Position numbers and translations under genes: made by a program. Positions 11,951 through 25,496 of a DNA stretch of 64,000 nt are shown in pieces. A model generated the notes under the pieces. That model made no database searches. It saw nothing but the letters and a program-made list of their open reading frames with translations, and was not told where the DNA came from. How positions within the stretch are numbered: the first letter of the stretch is position 1; every line of letters begins with the position of its first letter. This stretch comes from Eledone cirrhosa (lineage: Eukaryota), in contig OZ024741.1 in assembly GCA_964016885.1 (NCBI GenBank), positions 318,184,001 to 318,248,000 on the forward strand, given 5' to 3'.

Positions 11951-13938
11951 GTGGTGAGAGACTCCTGCAACATCTTCACTCTTTGTTTGGCAGGATATGG
12001 GCTAATGAATCCGTACCTGAGGACTGGAGAGATGCAGTAATGGTGGTCTTGTACAAGGGAAAGGGTAACAGGAACGATTGTGGGAACTACAGAGGTATAT
12101 CATTGCTTTCTGTCGTAGGGAAAGTTTTATGTAGGGTGCTTCTGGACCGTCTGCTGACACACATTGCAGATTGTGTTCTTCCTGAAAGTCAATCTGGTTT
12201 TCGTGCTGGACGCGGCACTACTGATATGATCTTCTCAGCTAGACAGCTCCAGGAGAAGTGCATGGAACAAGGCTTGGATCTGTATCAGGTTTTTGTCGAT
12301 CTGACAAAAGCTTTCGATACTGTTAACAGAGATGCATTATGGAAGGTTCTCCAGAAACTTGGTTGCCCTGATAAGTTCCTTGCTTTAGTTAGGTCTTTCC
12401 ATGACGACATGAAGGCTTGGGTTAATGTCGGGGGTAACATGTCGGAGCCTATTTCAGTAAAAAATGTAGTGAAACAGGGGGATATTCCAGCACCGACTCT
12501 GTTTGCCATATACTTTGCAATGGTTTTCTGTATTGCATTCAGGACTTGCGAGCATGGTGTTTACATCCGATATCGAACCTCAGGAAGCATATTTAACATC
12601 AGGCGCTTTGCTGCGAAGACAAAAGTATTTACATCAATCATAAGAGACCTCTTGTATGCAGATGATTGCGATCTTGTAGCGCACACAGAGTGATATGCAG
12701 CACATTTTGAATGCATTTTCTGACGCTTGCACTGCCCTAGGTCTGACTGTCAGTCTCAAGAAAACCGTCGTCATGTACCAACCTGCCCCTGGTAAGCAGT
12801 ACACTGAACCAAACATCTATGTGTATGGCAAACGACTTGGAGTGGTTGATCAGTTTGTCTACCTGGGAAGCACTGTCAATTGATACGGCAACCTTGACAG
12901 TGAAATCTCATTTAGGATTAGGAAAGCAAGTGATGCTTTCGGAAAGCTAGAAAGGCGACTCTGGGGTCCGCGAGACATATGCAGGAGGACAAAGGTAAAG
13001 GTGTACAGGGCATGTGTGCTCTCTTGTCTTCTTTATGCCTGCGAGACCTGGGTCACATATCGACACCACCTTAAGCAATTGGAGCGTTTCCATCAGATGT
13101 GTCTCAGACGGATCCATGGCGTTCACTGGAGGGACCACATCAGTGATGTCGAGATTTTGGAAAGCTCTATGTGTGACAGTATAGAAGCTCTTGTGCTTAA
13201 GCAACGACTCCGTTGGAGTAGTCACCTTGCCAGGATGAAGGATTCTAGAATACCAAAACAACTCTTTTATGGAGAGTTGGTTAAAGGAAAACGACCGCCA
13301 CATTAAACGAAAAAAGTGGTATAAGGATTCCTTGAAAGCCTCTCTGAAAGACGCTAACATCTCTGCTGATACATGGGAGAATATTGCTGCTGATCGTAAT
13401 AAATGGAGAAAGACTGTATATGAGGGAAAAGTTGCCTTTGAGGCATCTCGAATCCCATACGAGAAAGTAAAGCGGGATGTGAGGAAGGGCATTGCTGTTG
13501 CACTTCCAGACGGCGAGGGTCCTCCTATGGTGCTGACATGCAGCGTATGTGCGAGACTCTGCCTAAGCAAAGCTGGACTCGAAAGTCATCTTCGCAGTCA
13601 TAAAGTAAGACCAGTGGTTGACTACCAGGCTGCTGTTGGAGATGCTACTCATCATGCTTGCCAAACATGTGGTAGAGAATGTAAATCAGCAGGAGGGCTC
13701 AAGCGACATGCAAAAGTACACGAACTCCAACCACAGCCGACTATTCCCAGTAAATGTTTTGGTTGCCGACTCTGTGCAAGACATTTTAGATCATTGGCTG
13801 GGCTAAAAAGCTACATTCGATCGCAGCGCTGTTAGTTGCTATCGTGTGTGTGTGTGTGTGTGTAGATATGCTTATGTGTGTGCGTGTGTGTGTATATATA
13901 TATGTATATTATTATTGTTGTTGTCGTTATTATTATTG

Positions 13939-13984
<46 letters not shown>

Positions 13985-14180
13985 ATGTGTGTGTGTATAT
14001 GTGTGTGAGTGTGTGTGTGTGTGTATATGTGTATGTATATGTATATATATATATATTTTTTTTCTTTTTTATTTATTTATTTTTTTTTTATTTTTATTTA
14101 TTTATTATTATTATTATTATTATTTTTTTTTCTTTCTCCTCGTGCAATGGCCATACTCGATAACGAGGGGGAAGCCATCA
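11951..14180 (+). mobile_element. RTE-clade LINE, 5'-truncated and disrupted
   Basis: NYRGISLLSVVGK, ESQSGFRAGRGTTDMIF, FVDLTKAFD, LLYADD, YLGS, LLYACETW, RLRW; C-terminal C2H2 fingers (CSVC..H..H, CQTC..H..H); stops and frameshifts; ends gaagccatca(TGTA)n. Confidence 0.92.
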
Positions 14181-15094
14181 TGTATGTATGTATGTATGTA
14201 TGTATGTATGTATGTATGTATGTATGTATGTATGTATGTATGTATGTATGTGTGTGTGTATATATGTATATATATATATGTACGTGTCGGTGTACGTGTG
14301 TGTACCTGTGTGTAAATATTTAAACTTTGAGGCAAGTATAATTTATTTTTTTATCACGAAATTATTTGATAATCTTTGATCTTATAACGATAATATTTCT
14401 ATTTGCTTAACCTGGCAGGACAGAATAAACGACAGACATAACATGAATCAGTTCAACAACACCAACGCAGACTACACAACGCCAGTTCAGTTCCATGATA
14501 AAGTAAGTACCGGTAATGTAGTGAAATCGTACTGTATATATCCAGTTTCGAAAAGGTGACTCGCCGTATTCCTATATGATGTAAGAGATGTTTAAAAGGA
14601 TTAGCATCTGAACGGACATCCGACTCTAAAATATTGCCTCAAAATCGACCTTATAAAGGGTGTGAAGCATGTGGGACCACGTACCTCTACATTCTCACAG
14701 GAGGTAGCTCGGTTACAGTCTAACGCACATCCATACAGAGTTTTGCACACACACATATACACACTAAAAAGATATCCACTGACCATGATTTTACTCCAAA
14801 ATCTGACTGAAATACATGTGCTTTCTTTCCAAAAAATGTTTTTTCCGTTCCTTCCTCACCCCAATCACTTTCATTTTTATCTTTTATTTCTCATCTTCTG
14901 GTGAAGGACTTGTGTCTGAAGCGTAATTGGAACTCTTTTCCTGCTGTATCAAGCGTTAAACTAATATATTTTTTCATTGTATTGTGTTATTACCGTTTAC
15001 TTTTCGCATTCATTACCTTTTTTTCAATCTTCATTTCGATTTTTTTGTCTTTACTCGGACCTTTTTTCTTATTCTCCATTGTGATCCTGTATCT

Positions 15095-15205
15095 ATTTTG
15101 AACTCCTCAAGAAGGACTTAAGCCCGACACATCGAAATTTCTTTCCCTTTTTCCAATATAAAGTGTGAAACTAATAAGACTTTTTGTACCTCAGTTTGTT
15201 GTTGT
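15095..15205 (+). repeat. Degenerate HHR-like PLE terminal fragment (second copy 16655-16770)
   Basis: ctcctcaagaaggacttaagcccgacacatcg vs ctcccgatgaaggactaacgcccgatacatca, with shared downstream aaag(t/c)gtgaaa..tttttgtac; both end at microsatellites. Confidence 0.45.
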
Positions 15206-15211
15206 CTCCTT

Positions 15212-15318
<107 letters not shown>

Positions 15319-15630
15319 CGAAAGGAGCTGTGTGGTTACTAAAAACAAGGTTTAGGATGGTGGTTAGGACGGAACAAGAGGATAAAGGAAGAAAGGAGAT
15401 TCCTTTGTCAGCTGTAAATGTTTCCCGATCCGATGTTTCGGCGCTGAATTACAGGACATCAGTGAAGTTCGGGAGCGCCCGAGGCCTTTTATTAATCAAA
15501 AGGCCAGGAGGAAAAGGAGAGAGAAAGAGAGAAAAAGGGGAGAGAAAAGGAAAGAGAGGGAAAAGAGGAAGAACAGAAGAGGGGGGGAGATGATGAGAGA
15601 GGAAGAAAGGGAGAAGGGAAAAAAGGAGAA

Positions 15631-15664
<34 letters not shown>

Positions 15665-15981
15665 CCATTGGCTTGACTGGCTGTCAGATTGCCGAATATC
15701 TGCGAGACATTTGGGTGGACAACCCGTCTCTGGTGGCCTGACATTTCCGCACTGCCACCCAATCCACACGTCAACTTACTGTTTTCGGGCTCGTTCACAT
15801 ACCGGGCCCCCAGCGGGAGCAGCAACTTATTATTTTCTAAATACATTTACCCCGAACGACCTAAATGCCTCTTCCTTTATTTCCTCTCTCCACCGCATCC
15901 ATTCCTCCCATCATCCATGCGCACACCGATACTGATACAACATTGGTGTTCCATACGTATGTATGTTTGTATGCAGTTACT

Positions 15982-16116
<135 letters not shown>

Positions 16117-16786
16117 TATGTTGATATACGTATATACAATCTTAGCAATCCGGAAATACTCAAATAAGTTTCTAATAACTCCATAATTGTACATTTGAAT
16201 AATATGAACTGAATGTACTTACACACACTTAGATACATTATATATACAACGAAAAACAAATTAAAACACTTAATAAACAAACACGTAGAAACGCACACAT
16301 AGCCACACACACACATCTGCACATATGCACCTATTTCTCATTTAGCGTTGTATAGTATGGTTGCTATGGCAATTTAACTGCTTTTTTGTTTACTTCAACT
16401 TCAGCTATTCCACATTTTAAAGTTGAGTTTCGTTTTTTTATTCGTCACAAATAATTTCTTTTATATTTGATAAACATACAGACAAATCACACTCATATAC
16501 AACGTTTATACAGCCAGACACACTTAAGTACGATCTCAGACCATTCCACCAACATATACGCTAATACAAATAACAACAACAACAAAAACTCAATTAATAC
16601 AGCACGCAAACACTCACATATCCCCCTTTTTATTTTTTATTTTCTAATCTCTGATCTATTGTACTCCCGATGAAGGACTAACGCCCGATACATCAAACGT
16701 TTTTTTTATTCTTTCTTATATTCAAAGCGTGAAATTAAAAGTCTAAACTGTTTTTGTACTTGTGTTTGTCATATATACATATATAT

Positions 16787-16825
<39 letters not shown>

Positions 16826-16829
<4 letters not shown>

Positions 16830-17260
16830 CAAAGGGATATTTAATTTGTTGGTAATTCAACAAATATATATATTTATAACTGATTCGAAGCACTCGACAA
16901 CTTTTCTGGAGTATAATATCAATGATATTAATAAATGGAAACTATATTTATAAAACTATATTTATTCTATTATATATATTTCAAGGGTACCAAAACGTTG
17001 GTATGCTCTCATCAGATAAAATACAAAGTTTTTTTTTATAAATATTGACATATGCAGGAACGAGATCTTAACGGTTCAAGTTTTTCCAGGAAAAACTTGA
17101 ACCGTTAAGATCTCGTTCCTGCATATGTCAATATTTATAAAAAAAAACTTTGTATTTTATCTGATGAGAGCATACCAACGTTTTGGTACCCTTGAAATAT
17201 ATATAATAGAATAAATATAGTTTTATAAATATAGTTTCCATTTATTAATATCATTGATAT
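16826..17260. mobile_element. Fold-back PLE-type terminal element, family A (palindrome 16916-17260 plus ~90-bp one-sided tail)
   Basis: Arms of 172 bp about centre 17088 (tttttcc-a-ggaaaaa); flanked by (TA)n. Confidence 0.85.
17153..17213 (+). ncRNA. Type I hammerhead ribozyme (mirror copy on minus strand at 16963-17023)
   Basis: tattttat-CTGATGA-gagca-taccaa-cgtt-ttggta-ccctt-GAAA-tatatata-atagaata; stems I, II and III pair. Confidence 0.8.
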
Positions 17261-17284
17261 ATATATATATATAGAGAGAGAGAG

Positions 17285-17478
17285 ATTATGGTGTTGAGAC
17301 CGATTAGACCACAAAACGTGGGAGTACTCAATACATGGGGAGCTGCAGAGTTGGTATAGAGAGGTATGAGCCTAACCGCGACGCCAAGTGATTTTGGTGT
17401 GTGTGATCAGTCCATCATTCAAAAAGGCTTGGTGAACACACAAGCCGAAACCGCTTGGCGCCGCGGTCGGGTTCACCC
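17285..17478. repeat. Decayed fold-back element with agtactcaatac tail and HHR 3' half
   Basis: Imperfect palindrome ~17369-17476; GAAAC-cgc-ttggcgcc-gcg-GTC; tail resembles 6250-6315 and 25500-25570. Confidence 0.55.
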
Positions 17479-17511
17479 CCTCTCTTTCTCTCTCTCTCTC
17501 TATATATATAT

Positions 17512-17582
<71 letters not shown>

Positions 17583-18379
17583 CCTATTTAAACACAAACA
17601 TACATATGTGTTGTGTGTGGAGAGAGAGAAAGAAAGTGTTATAGAGGAAGAATCTACCGTAGTACTAGACCTGTTCGTTATTTTTCTCCTTTGAAAGAAT
17701 GAAAAGCAAAGATGAATTTGTCAGTATTTTAACACACGGTGTACTGAGCCGCGTTGTATTCTATCCGACGTTCTAACAACTTTGCCAATCACTGCTTTAC
17801 GACGAGTAGGGCAGTAGACAAATATATTTAATTTTCAACGTATAAAATCTGAAAATGTGATGGTCCCAAATATAGAAAATAACAGTCAATCCTAATAAAT
17901 AATAATTATAAAATTAGTTAAATTACCTTTAGAAATTTACCCAATTTTCTCAACTATTATTCATAGTGATTGACGGTTATTACAGTTAATTTCTGCGCTT
18001 GGGACTCTCACATTTTCAAATCTCAAACACTCCCAGCGCTTATAAATATCGTAAGGTTTATTTCAACATATAATTATTTCTATCACGTTTACAGTGGGGC
18101 GCGATGATGAAATAATTTCTCTTCTAAAGAGGGATGAGCAGTAGTCTGAACCATGTTTTGGAAACTTTGGTTTAGAACAGCAGAACAGCCTAAAGAGTGT
18201 CAGAGACTAGCAGCAGATAAAATCTTCAGTTGACTGACTTAACTCGCTACTTAAATCAAATTCAATTTACTTGAGAAAGTTAGCAACGTGATGTAATTAG
18301 TATTCACTGCCCCTTGTGTATAGATACATACATATGTGTATAGATACATACATATAAATACACACACATACACACACAC

Positions 18380-18436
<57 letters not shown>

Positions 18437-18440
18437 TATA

Positions 18441-18482
<42 letters not shown>

Positions 18483-18507
18483 CATATACACATACACACA
18501 CACACAC

Positions 18508-18546
<39 letters not shown>

Positions 18547-18549
18547 TAT

Positions 18550-18602
<53 letters not shown>

Positions 18603-18989
18603 CATATACACATACACACACACACACACATACATACACACACACTCATATATATATACTTGTAGCCATGGGCCCTACTAAAAAATCAATATTATTTTTC
18701 CGGCAATTTAAATAATCTAGGTTTTGTTATTGTTGCTGAAGTTTCGATATTGTGTTCATTATGCATGAATTGCAATTATAATTAGAGAACGTCTTCAGTG
18801 TTTTACACCAAATCTCCAACGTCCACAACTGATTGAATCCAGACAAGATTTCCAACTACTCACACATACACACTTCTCTCTCTCTCCAGAACCCTATAGC
18901 CTTTCTACACGTAGTAATTTTATTAAAATGATTAATGATTAGCACAAAGGATAACTATTGAGATTTATAAGACTTGATAGTTAGAGTAC

Positions 18990-21900
18990 ATACACTCCCC
19001 AGGTTAAATGTCCGTATTCCTGTCCATAACATAGTTCATCTCTCCAGCCATACCCTTCCTAGGTCAAATGTCCGTATTCCTGTCCATAACATTGCTCATG
19101 TCTCCAGCCATACCCTTCCTAGGTCAAATGTCCGTATTCCTGTCCATAACATTGCTCATGTCTCCAGCCATACCCTTCCTAGGTCAAATGTCCGTATTCC
19201 TGTCCATAACATTGCTCATGTCTCCAGCCATACCCTTCCTAGGTCAAATGTCCGTATTCCTGTCCATAACATTGCTCATGTCTCCAGCCATACCCTTCCT
19301 AGGTCAAATGTCCGTATTCCTGTCCATAACATTGCTCATGTCTGCAGCCATACCCTTCCTAGGTCAAATGTCCGTATTCCTGTCCATAACATTGCTCATG
19401 TCTCCAGCCATACCCTTCCTAGGTCAAATGTCCGTATTCCTGTCCATAACATTGCTCATGTCTCCAGCCATACCCTTCCTAGGTCAAATGTCCGTATTCC
19501 TGTCCATAACATTGCTCATGTCTCCAGCCATACCCTTCCTAGGTCAAATGTCCGTATTCCTGTCCATAACATAGTTCATCTCTCCAGCCATACCCTTCCT
19601 AGGTCAAATGTCCGTATTCCTGTCCATAACATTGCTCATGTCTCCAGCCATACCCTTCCTAGGTCAAATGTCCGTATTCCTGTCCATAACATTGCTCATG
19701 TCTCCAGCCATACCCTTCCTAGGTCAAATGTCCGTATTCCTGTCCATAACATTGCTCATGTCTCCAGCCATACCCTTCCTAGGTCAAATGTCCGTATTCC
19801 TGTCCATAACATTGCTCATGTCTCCAGCCATACCCTTCCTAGGTCAAATGTCCGTATTCCTGTCCATAACATTGCTCATGTCTCCAGCCATACCCTTCCT
19901 AGGTCAAATGTCCGTATTCCTGTCCATAACATTGCTCATGTCTCCAGCCATACCCTTCCTAGGTCAAATGTCCGTATTCCTGTCCATAACATTGCTCATG
20001 TCTCCAGCCATACCCTTCCTAGGTCAAATGTCCGTATTCCTGTCCATAACATAGTTCATCTCTCCAGCCATACCCTTCCTAGGTCAAATGTCCGTATTCC
20101 TGTCCATAACATTGCTCATGTCTCCAGCCATACCCTTCCTAGGTCAAATGTCCGTATTCCTGTCCATAACATTGCTCATGTCTCCAGCCATACCCTTCCT
20201 AGGTCAAATGTCCGTATTCCTGTCCATAACATAGTTCATCTCTCCAGCCATACCCTTCCTAGGTCAAATGTCCGTATTCCTGTCCATAACATTGCTCATG
20301 TCTCCAGCCATACCCTTCCTAGGTCAAATGTCCGTATTCCTGTCCATAACATTGCTCATGTCTCCAGCCATACCCTTCCTAGGTCAAATGTCCGTATTCC
20401 TGTCCATAACATAGTTCATCTCTCCAGCCATACCCTTCCTAGGTCAAATGTCCGTATTCCTGTCCATAACATTGCTCATGTCTCCAGCCATACCCTTCCT
20501 AGGTCAAATGTCCGTATTCCTGTCCATAACATTGCTCATGTCTCCAGCCATACCCTTCCTAGGTCAAATGTCCGTATTCCTGTCCATAACATTGCTCATG
20601 TCTCCAGCCATACCCTTCCTAGGTCAAATGTCCGTATTCCTGTCCATAACATTGCTCATGTCTCCAGCCATACCCTTCCTAGGTCAAATGTCCGTATTCC
20701 TGTCCATAACATTGCTCATGTCTCCAGCCATACCCTTCCTAGGTCAAATGTCCGTATTCCTGTCCATAACATAGTTCATCTCTCCAGCCATACCCTTCCT
20801 AGGTCAAATGTCCGTATTCCTGTCCATAACATTGCTCATGTCTCCAGCCATACCCTTCCTAGGTCAAATGTCCGTATTCCTGTCCATAACATTGCTCATG
20901 TCTCCAGCCATACCCTTCCTAGGTCAAATGTCCGTATTCCTGTCCATAACATTGCTCATGTCTCCAGCCATACCCTTCCTAGGTCAAATGTCCGTATTCC
21001 TGTCCATAACATTGCTCATGTCTCCAGCCATACCCTTCCTAGGTCAAATGTCCGTATTCCTGTCCATAACATTGCTCATGTCTCCAGCCATACCCTTCCT
21101 AGGTCAAATGTCCGTATTCCTGTCCATAACATTGCTCATGTCTCCAGCCATACCCTTCCTAGGTCAAATGTCCGTATTCCTGTCCATAACATTGCTCATG
21201 TCTCCAGCCATACCCTTCCTAGGTCAAATGTCCGTATTCCTGTCCATAACATTGCTCATGTCTCCAGCCATACCCTTCCTAGGTCAAATGTCCGTATTCC
21301 TGTCCATAACATAGTTCATCTCTCCAGCCATACCCTTCCTAGGTCAAATGTCCGTATTCCTGTCCATAACATTGCTCATGTCTCCAGCCATACCCTTCCT
21401 AGGTCAAATGTCCGTATTCCTGTCCATAACATAGTTCATCTCTCCAGCCATACCCTTCCCAGGTCAAATGTCCGTATTACTGTCCATAACATAGTTCATC
21501 TCTCCAGCCATACCCTTCCTAGGTCAAATGTCCGTATTCCTGTCCATAACATTGCTCATGTCTCCAGCCATACCCTTCCTAGGTCAAATGTCCGTATTAC
21601 TGTCCATAACATTGCTCATGTCTCCAGCCATACCCTTCCCAGGTTAAATGTCCGTATTACTGTCCATAACATTGCTCATGTCTCCAGCCATACCCTTCCC
21701 AGGTTAAATGTCCGTATTACTTTCCATAACATTGCTCATGTCTCCAGCCATACCCTTCCCAGGTTAAATGTCCGTATTACTGTCCATAACATTGCTCATG
21801 TCTCCAGCCATACCCTTCCCAGGTTAAATGTCCGTATTACTGTCCATAACATTGCTCATGTCTCCAGCCATACCCTTCCCAGGTTAAATGTCCGTATTCC

Positions 21901-22350
21901 TGTCCATAACATTGCTCATGTCTCCAGCCATACCCTTCCTAGGTCAAATGTCCGTATTACTGTCCATAACATTGCTCATGTCTCCAGCCATACCCTTCCC
22001 AGGTTAAATGTCCGTATTACTGTCCATAACATTGCTCATGTCTCCAGCCATACCCTTCCCAGGTTAAATGTCCGTATTACTTTCCATAACATTGCTCATG
22101 TCTCCAGCCATACCCTTCCCAGGTTAAATGTCCGTATTACTGTCCATAACATTGCTCATGTCTCCAGCCATACCCTTCCCAGGTTAAATGTCCGTATTAC
22201 TGTCCATAACATTGCTCATGTCTCCAGCCATACCCTTCCCAGGTTAAATGTCCGTATTCCTGTCCATAACATTGCTCATGTCTCCAGCCATACCCTTCCT
22301 AGGTCAAATGTCCGTATTACTCTACATATCGTAGTTCATCTCTATAACCA
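18990..22350. repeat. 60-bp minisatellite, about 56 copies
   Basis: Unit tgtccataacattgctcatgtctccagccatacccttcctaggtcaaatgtccgtattcc in exact 60-bp register with few variants. Confidence 0.98.
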
Positions 22351-22459
22351 TACACCTAAACATTGACTTCAAAAGCCTAACAGTCCTCCTCAGCACAAGA
22401 AGTCTAGTCCAGTACCTCTTAGTTGTCTACATTTTACATTTGCTGTCTTCATTCTACCT

Positions 22460-22960
22460 TAAACAACAACAACCACATCAACCCCTAACAGCAATACCAA
22501 TAACAACAATAATAATACTAACAACAACAACAGTGACAACAACCACATTAACCACACCGCTATCAATAACAACAACACCAACAATACCAACCTCATCAAC
22601 AATACCAACCACATCTACCTTAACAACAATAACGCCAACAACACTAACATCAACCACAACAACAACACTAATAACAACAACAGCACCAACAACACCAACG
22701 GCATATACTTCAACAACACTAACAACAACCACATTAACCACAACACTACCAATAACAACAACAACACAACCACATCAACAATGTCACCACAACCACCATC
22801 AACAATACCAACTACATCTATTTCAACAATACCGTCCACATCAACAACAACACTAATAACAACCAAATATACCTCAACAACAACAACAACGCCCACAACA
22901 ATATCATCAACAACAATACCAGCCACATCAACCACACTAACAACAACAACAACAATAATT
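22460..22960. repeat. (ACA/ACC)n low-complexity tract
   Basis: Degenerate trinucleotide repeat giving Thr-rich ORFs. Confidence 0.85.
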
Positions 22961-23169
22961 AGTGTAATGCAACTGAGAAGATATCGATATATCTTTCGCT
23001 ATTGTGGTCTCTTAGTTGTCATATAAGATGTTTGCCGAGTTTTTATCAGAGTTATTACTTGCCAGATAATCTTGCTTTGGATGTAATCCATTAAGTAGAG
23101 AAGGATTTCTAGTGAACTATTAAGTAGCTTGTATTACTTGGATTGGACAAACACATTGTGTCTGGTTAT

Positions 23170-23345
23170 TATCAGCCCGGTGGCGAACTGGAAGAGTCGT
23201 TAGATCGTCGCATAAAATGCTACGTGAGATTCGTTTTAGCTCCCTGCACTTTAAGTTCAAATCCCGCTGCAGCCAACTATGCTTTATATTCGTTTGAAGT
23301 CGATAAATAAAATACCAGTTCAATATCGGAATCAATCCTTTCACC
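23170..23345 (+). mobile_element. tRNA-derived SINE
   Basis: gttcaaatcccgctgcagccaactatgc...gtcgataaataaaataccagt. Confidence 0.65.
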
Positions 23346-23349
23346 ATTC

Positions 23350-23386
<37 letters not shown>

Positions 23387-23824
23387 CTCTGGGAATAATC
23401 GGCTGTGCTCATGTCTGGAGAAGGAGAGGCTCCACCAAATTTAAAATGCCCAAGAAACGTCGTATACCACAACGCTGCTACTGTGACTCCACAAGGAGCT
23501 CGGGGCCCACAGATGGATTATAAGTTCATGTCTGTCAGTACGTGTACACAAAAGTATCAGCACATGTAGAAATGAGTTGCAAACGTCACTGGTGCCAAAC
23601 TGTACCGGTCATTGCTTTCCCTTGGACAACAACGGTGGCTTAGAGAGGGGAGACTGGTATGCATGGGCGACTACTGGGCTTCAACAAACGACCTTGCCTA
23701 GACTTGCGTCTCGGAGGAGAGCTTTCTAGGTGCAAACCCAATGGTCATTCGTGACCAAAGGAGGTCTTTACCCTAAGTGGTCTAAGTGCAGTTGGCAGGC
23801 TCTCTTTTAAATATATATTGAAGG

Positions 23825-23935
23825 TACGTGGCCTAGTCATTAGGGTGCTGGGCATGAAATTATAATGTCGTGGGTTCGATTCCTATAATGAGCGGCGGTT
23901 GCATTCTTGAGCAAAATAGGTATTTCACATTGTTC
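23825..23935 (+). mobile_element. Second tRNA-derived SINE family (A/B-box head)
   Basis: tggcctagtc...ggttcgattcc...ttcttgagcaaaa; related copy at 60901-61130. Confidence 0.65.
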
Positions 23936-24907
23936 TTTCTGCCAGGAGTTGTAACCGGCAGATAGTACCAGCAATGGAAAGGTCTGATAGTTGGCTCTTT
24001 CACTTTTTTGTTTTTAAAATATGGCTGCCAAAATTTTGGAAATTATAATTATTATTAAATATAATTGGTTTTCATTAAGTGTCTCCTCAGTTTTAGAGGT
24101 TGGCATGGCTTGATGCGAGCATGTCAACATCGTTCTATGCGTTGACCTACATTTATGTAATTTTAATGTTTATCAAGTTGCGAACAGGTGTTGAGATTCC
24201 AGATGTCTTCTAGCCCAGGAACCCTAGTTGTTTTAATCCGATCATACTCCTATGGTACTATCTCTGTCGTACAGATATGGCTGAGTAATTAAGAATTCCC
24301 TTCGCAATCATAAGATCTGGAGTTCGATATTATTGCTTCGTATGTTGGGAAAATGTCTTTCACCATTGCCTCAGGTTGAGCTACACACAATGAATGAAAT
24401 TGGGTAGACAGAAACTGTAAAAGCCTGCTAGATGGCTGTACCTGTAATTCAAACGTCTGGAATGTTGTATATTTGTATAATGCTGATTAACAATATATAC
24501 GCATTACGTTAAGGGTATCCGTGCCTATGGAATACTCAGCAACTTAATTCACACGCTGGACGTTCAATTGAATCGTCATCTTTATCACCATCATAATCAT
24601 CTGAATCGTCATCTTTATCACCATCATAATCATCATCACCATCGTCACCATCATCAGGTTCTACCAATCTACGTCTTTTATCTCTATCTACTTTTCGAAC
24701 GCCATAATTTCAGACACACATTAAAGCATGTCATCTTTAAAAATATCGGAAAAATAGTGATCAATAAAATAACTACTGAACTTCAAAATAAGTATTTAAA
24801 TCGATATTAGTGACTAAAACCTACAAGGTGGTGTACCAGCAAGGCCGCTGTCCCATGACATAAAACCAGGAAACGCAAAAATATAATACAAAAAATATAT
24901 ATATATA

Positions 24908-25080
24908 TCGAGGCAACCACAGTGAATAAGGTACTCAATACATTAGTAGAGTGAGAACAATGAAATTTGATATAGAAATGGCTTCTACAGGACTAAAACT
25001 GTTTCATTCGTATGAAACCATCATTTTATATGAATGAAACTGTTCTAGTCCTATAGAAGCCATTTCTATATTAAATTTCG

Positions 25081-25085
<5 letters not shown>
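24908..25085. mobile_element. Fold-back element, family B
   Basis: Tail accacagtgaataaggtactcaatac, then imperfect palindrome tatagaaatggcttctacaggact...agtcctatagaagccatttctata; homologues at 49175-49342 and 50208-50395. Confidence 0.75.
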
Positions 25086-25158
<73 letters not shown>

Positions 25159-25219
25159 GAAGTAATTCCATCGGAAAGGTCCAAGAAAAAAGAGTGCTCT
25201 ATGTAGTTTACAGAGCTTA

Positions 25220-25455
25220 ATAGTTATGTAATAAAAAACATAAGATAATTATTTCATTTACCAGTGGTTTCTTGAAAGCAAACATATCCTCTTTCAGTCA
25301 TCAGAATGAAAAAATCCTAGTGTTTTTGAAAAGGTTTTCAAATCCACATTCAATAAAAACACCAGGATTTTTTCATTCTGATGACTGAAAGCAGATATGT
25401 TTGCTTTCAAGAAACCACTGGTAAATGAAATAATTATCTTATGTTGTTTATTACA

Positions 25456-25462
<7 letters not shown>
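25220..25462. mobile_element. Fold-back element with hammerhead ribozyme
   Basis: ~105-bp inverted arms with a few mismatches and a short spacer; abuts (TA)n. Confidence 0.85.
25371..25430 (+). ncRNA. Type I hammerhead ribozyme
   Basis: tttcatt-CTGATGA-c-tgaaagcaga-tatg-tttgctttca-a-GAAA-ccactg-GTA-aatgaaa; 7-bp perfect stem I, GUA cleavage triplet. Confidence 0.85.

Positions 25463-25496
<34 letters not shown>

Noticed and set aside
18730-18800. Minus-strand CTGAAGA...GAAAC hammerhead-like motif
   Set aside because: Stem I does not pair and the cleavage triplet is not NUH.
18990-22350. CRISPR-like regular array
   Set aside because: Units are contiguous and near-identical with no unique spacers; no cas genes; eukaryotic context.
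22440-23026. Mucin-like Thr-rich ORFs
   Set aside because: Frame switches within an (ACA)n tract and there is no flanking domain or clear splice context.
23825-23890. tRNA gene
   Set aside because: A/B boxes are present but there is no cloverleaf; sequence continues into a SINE body.
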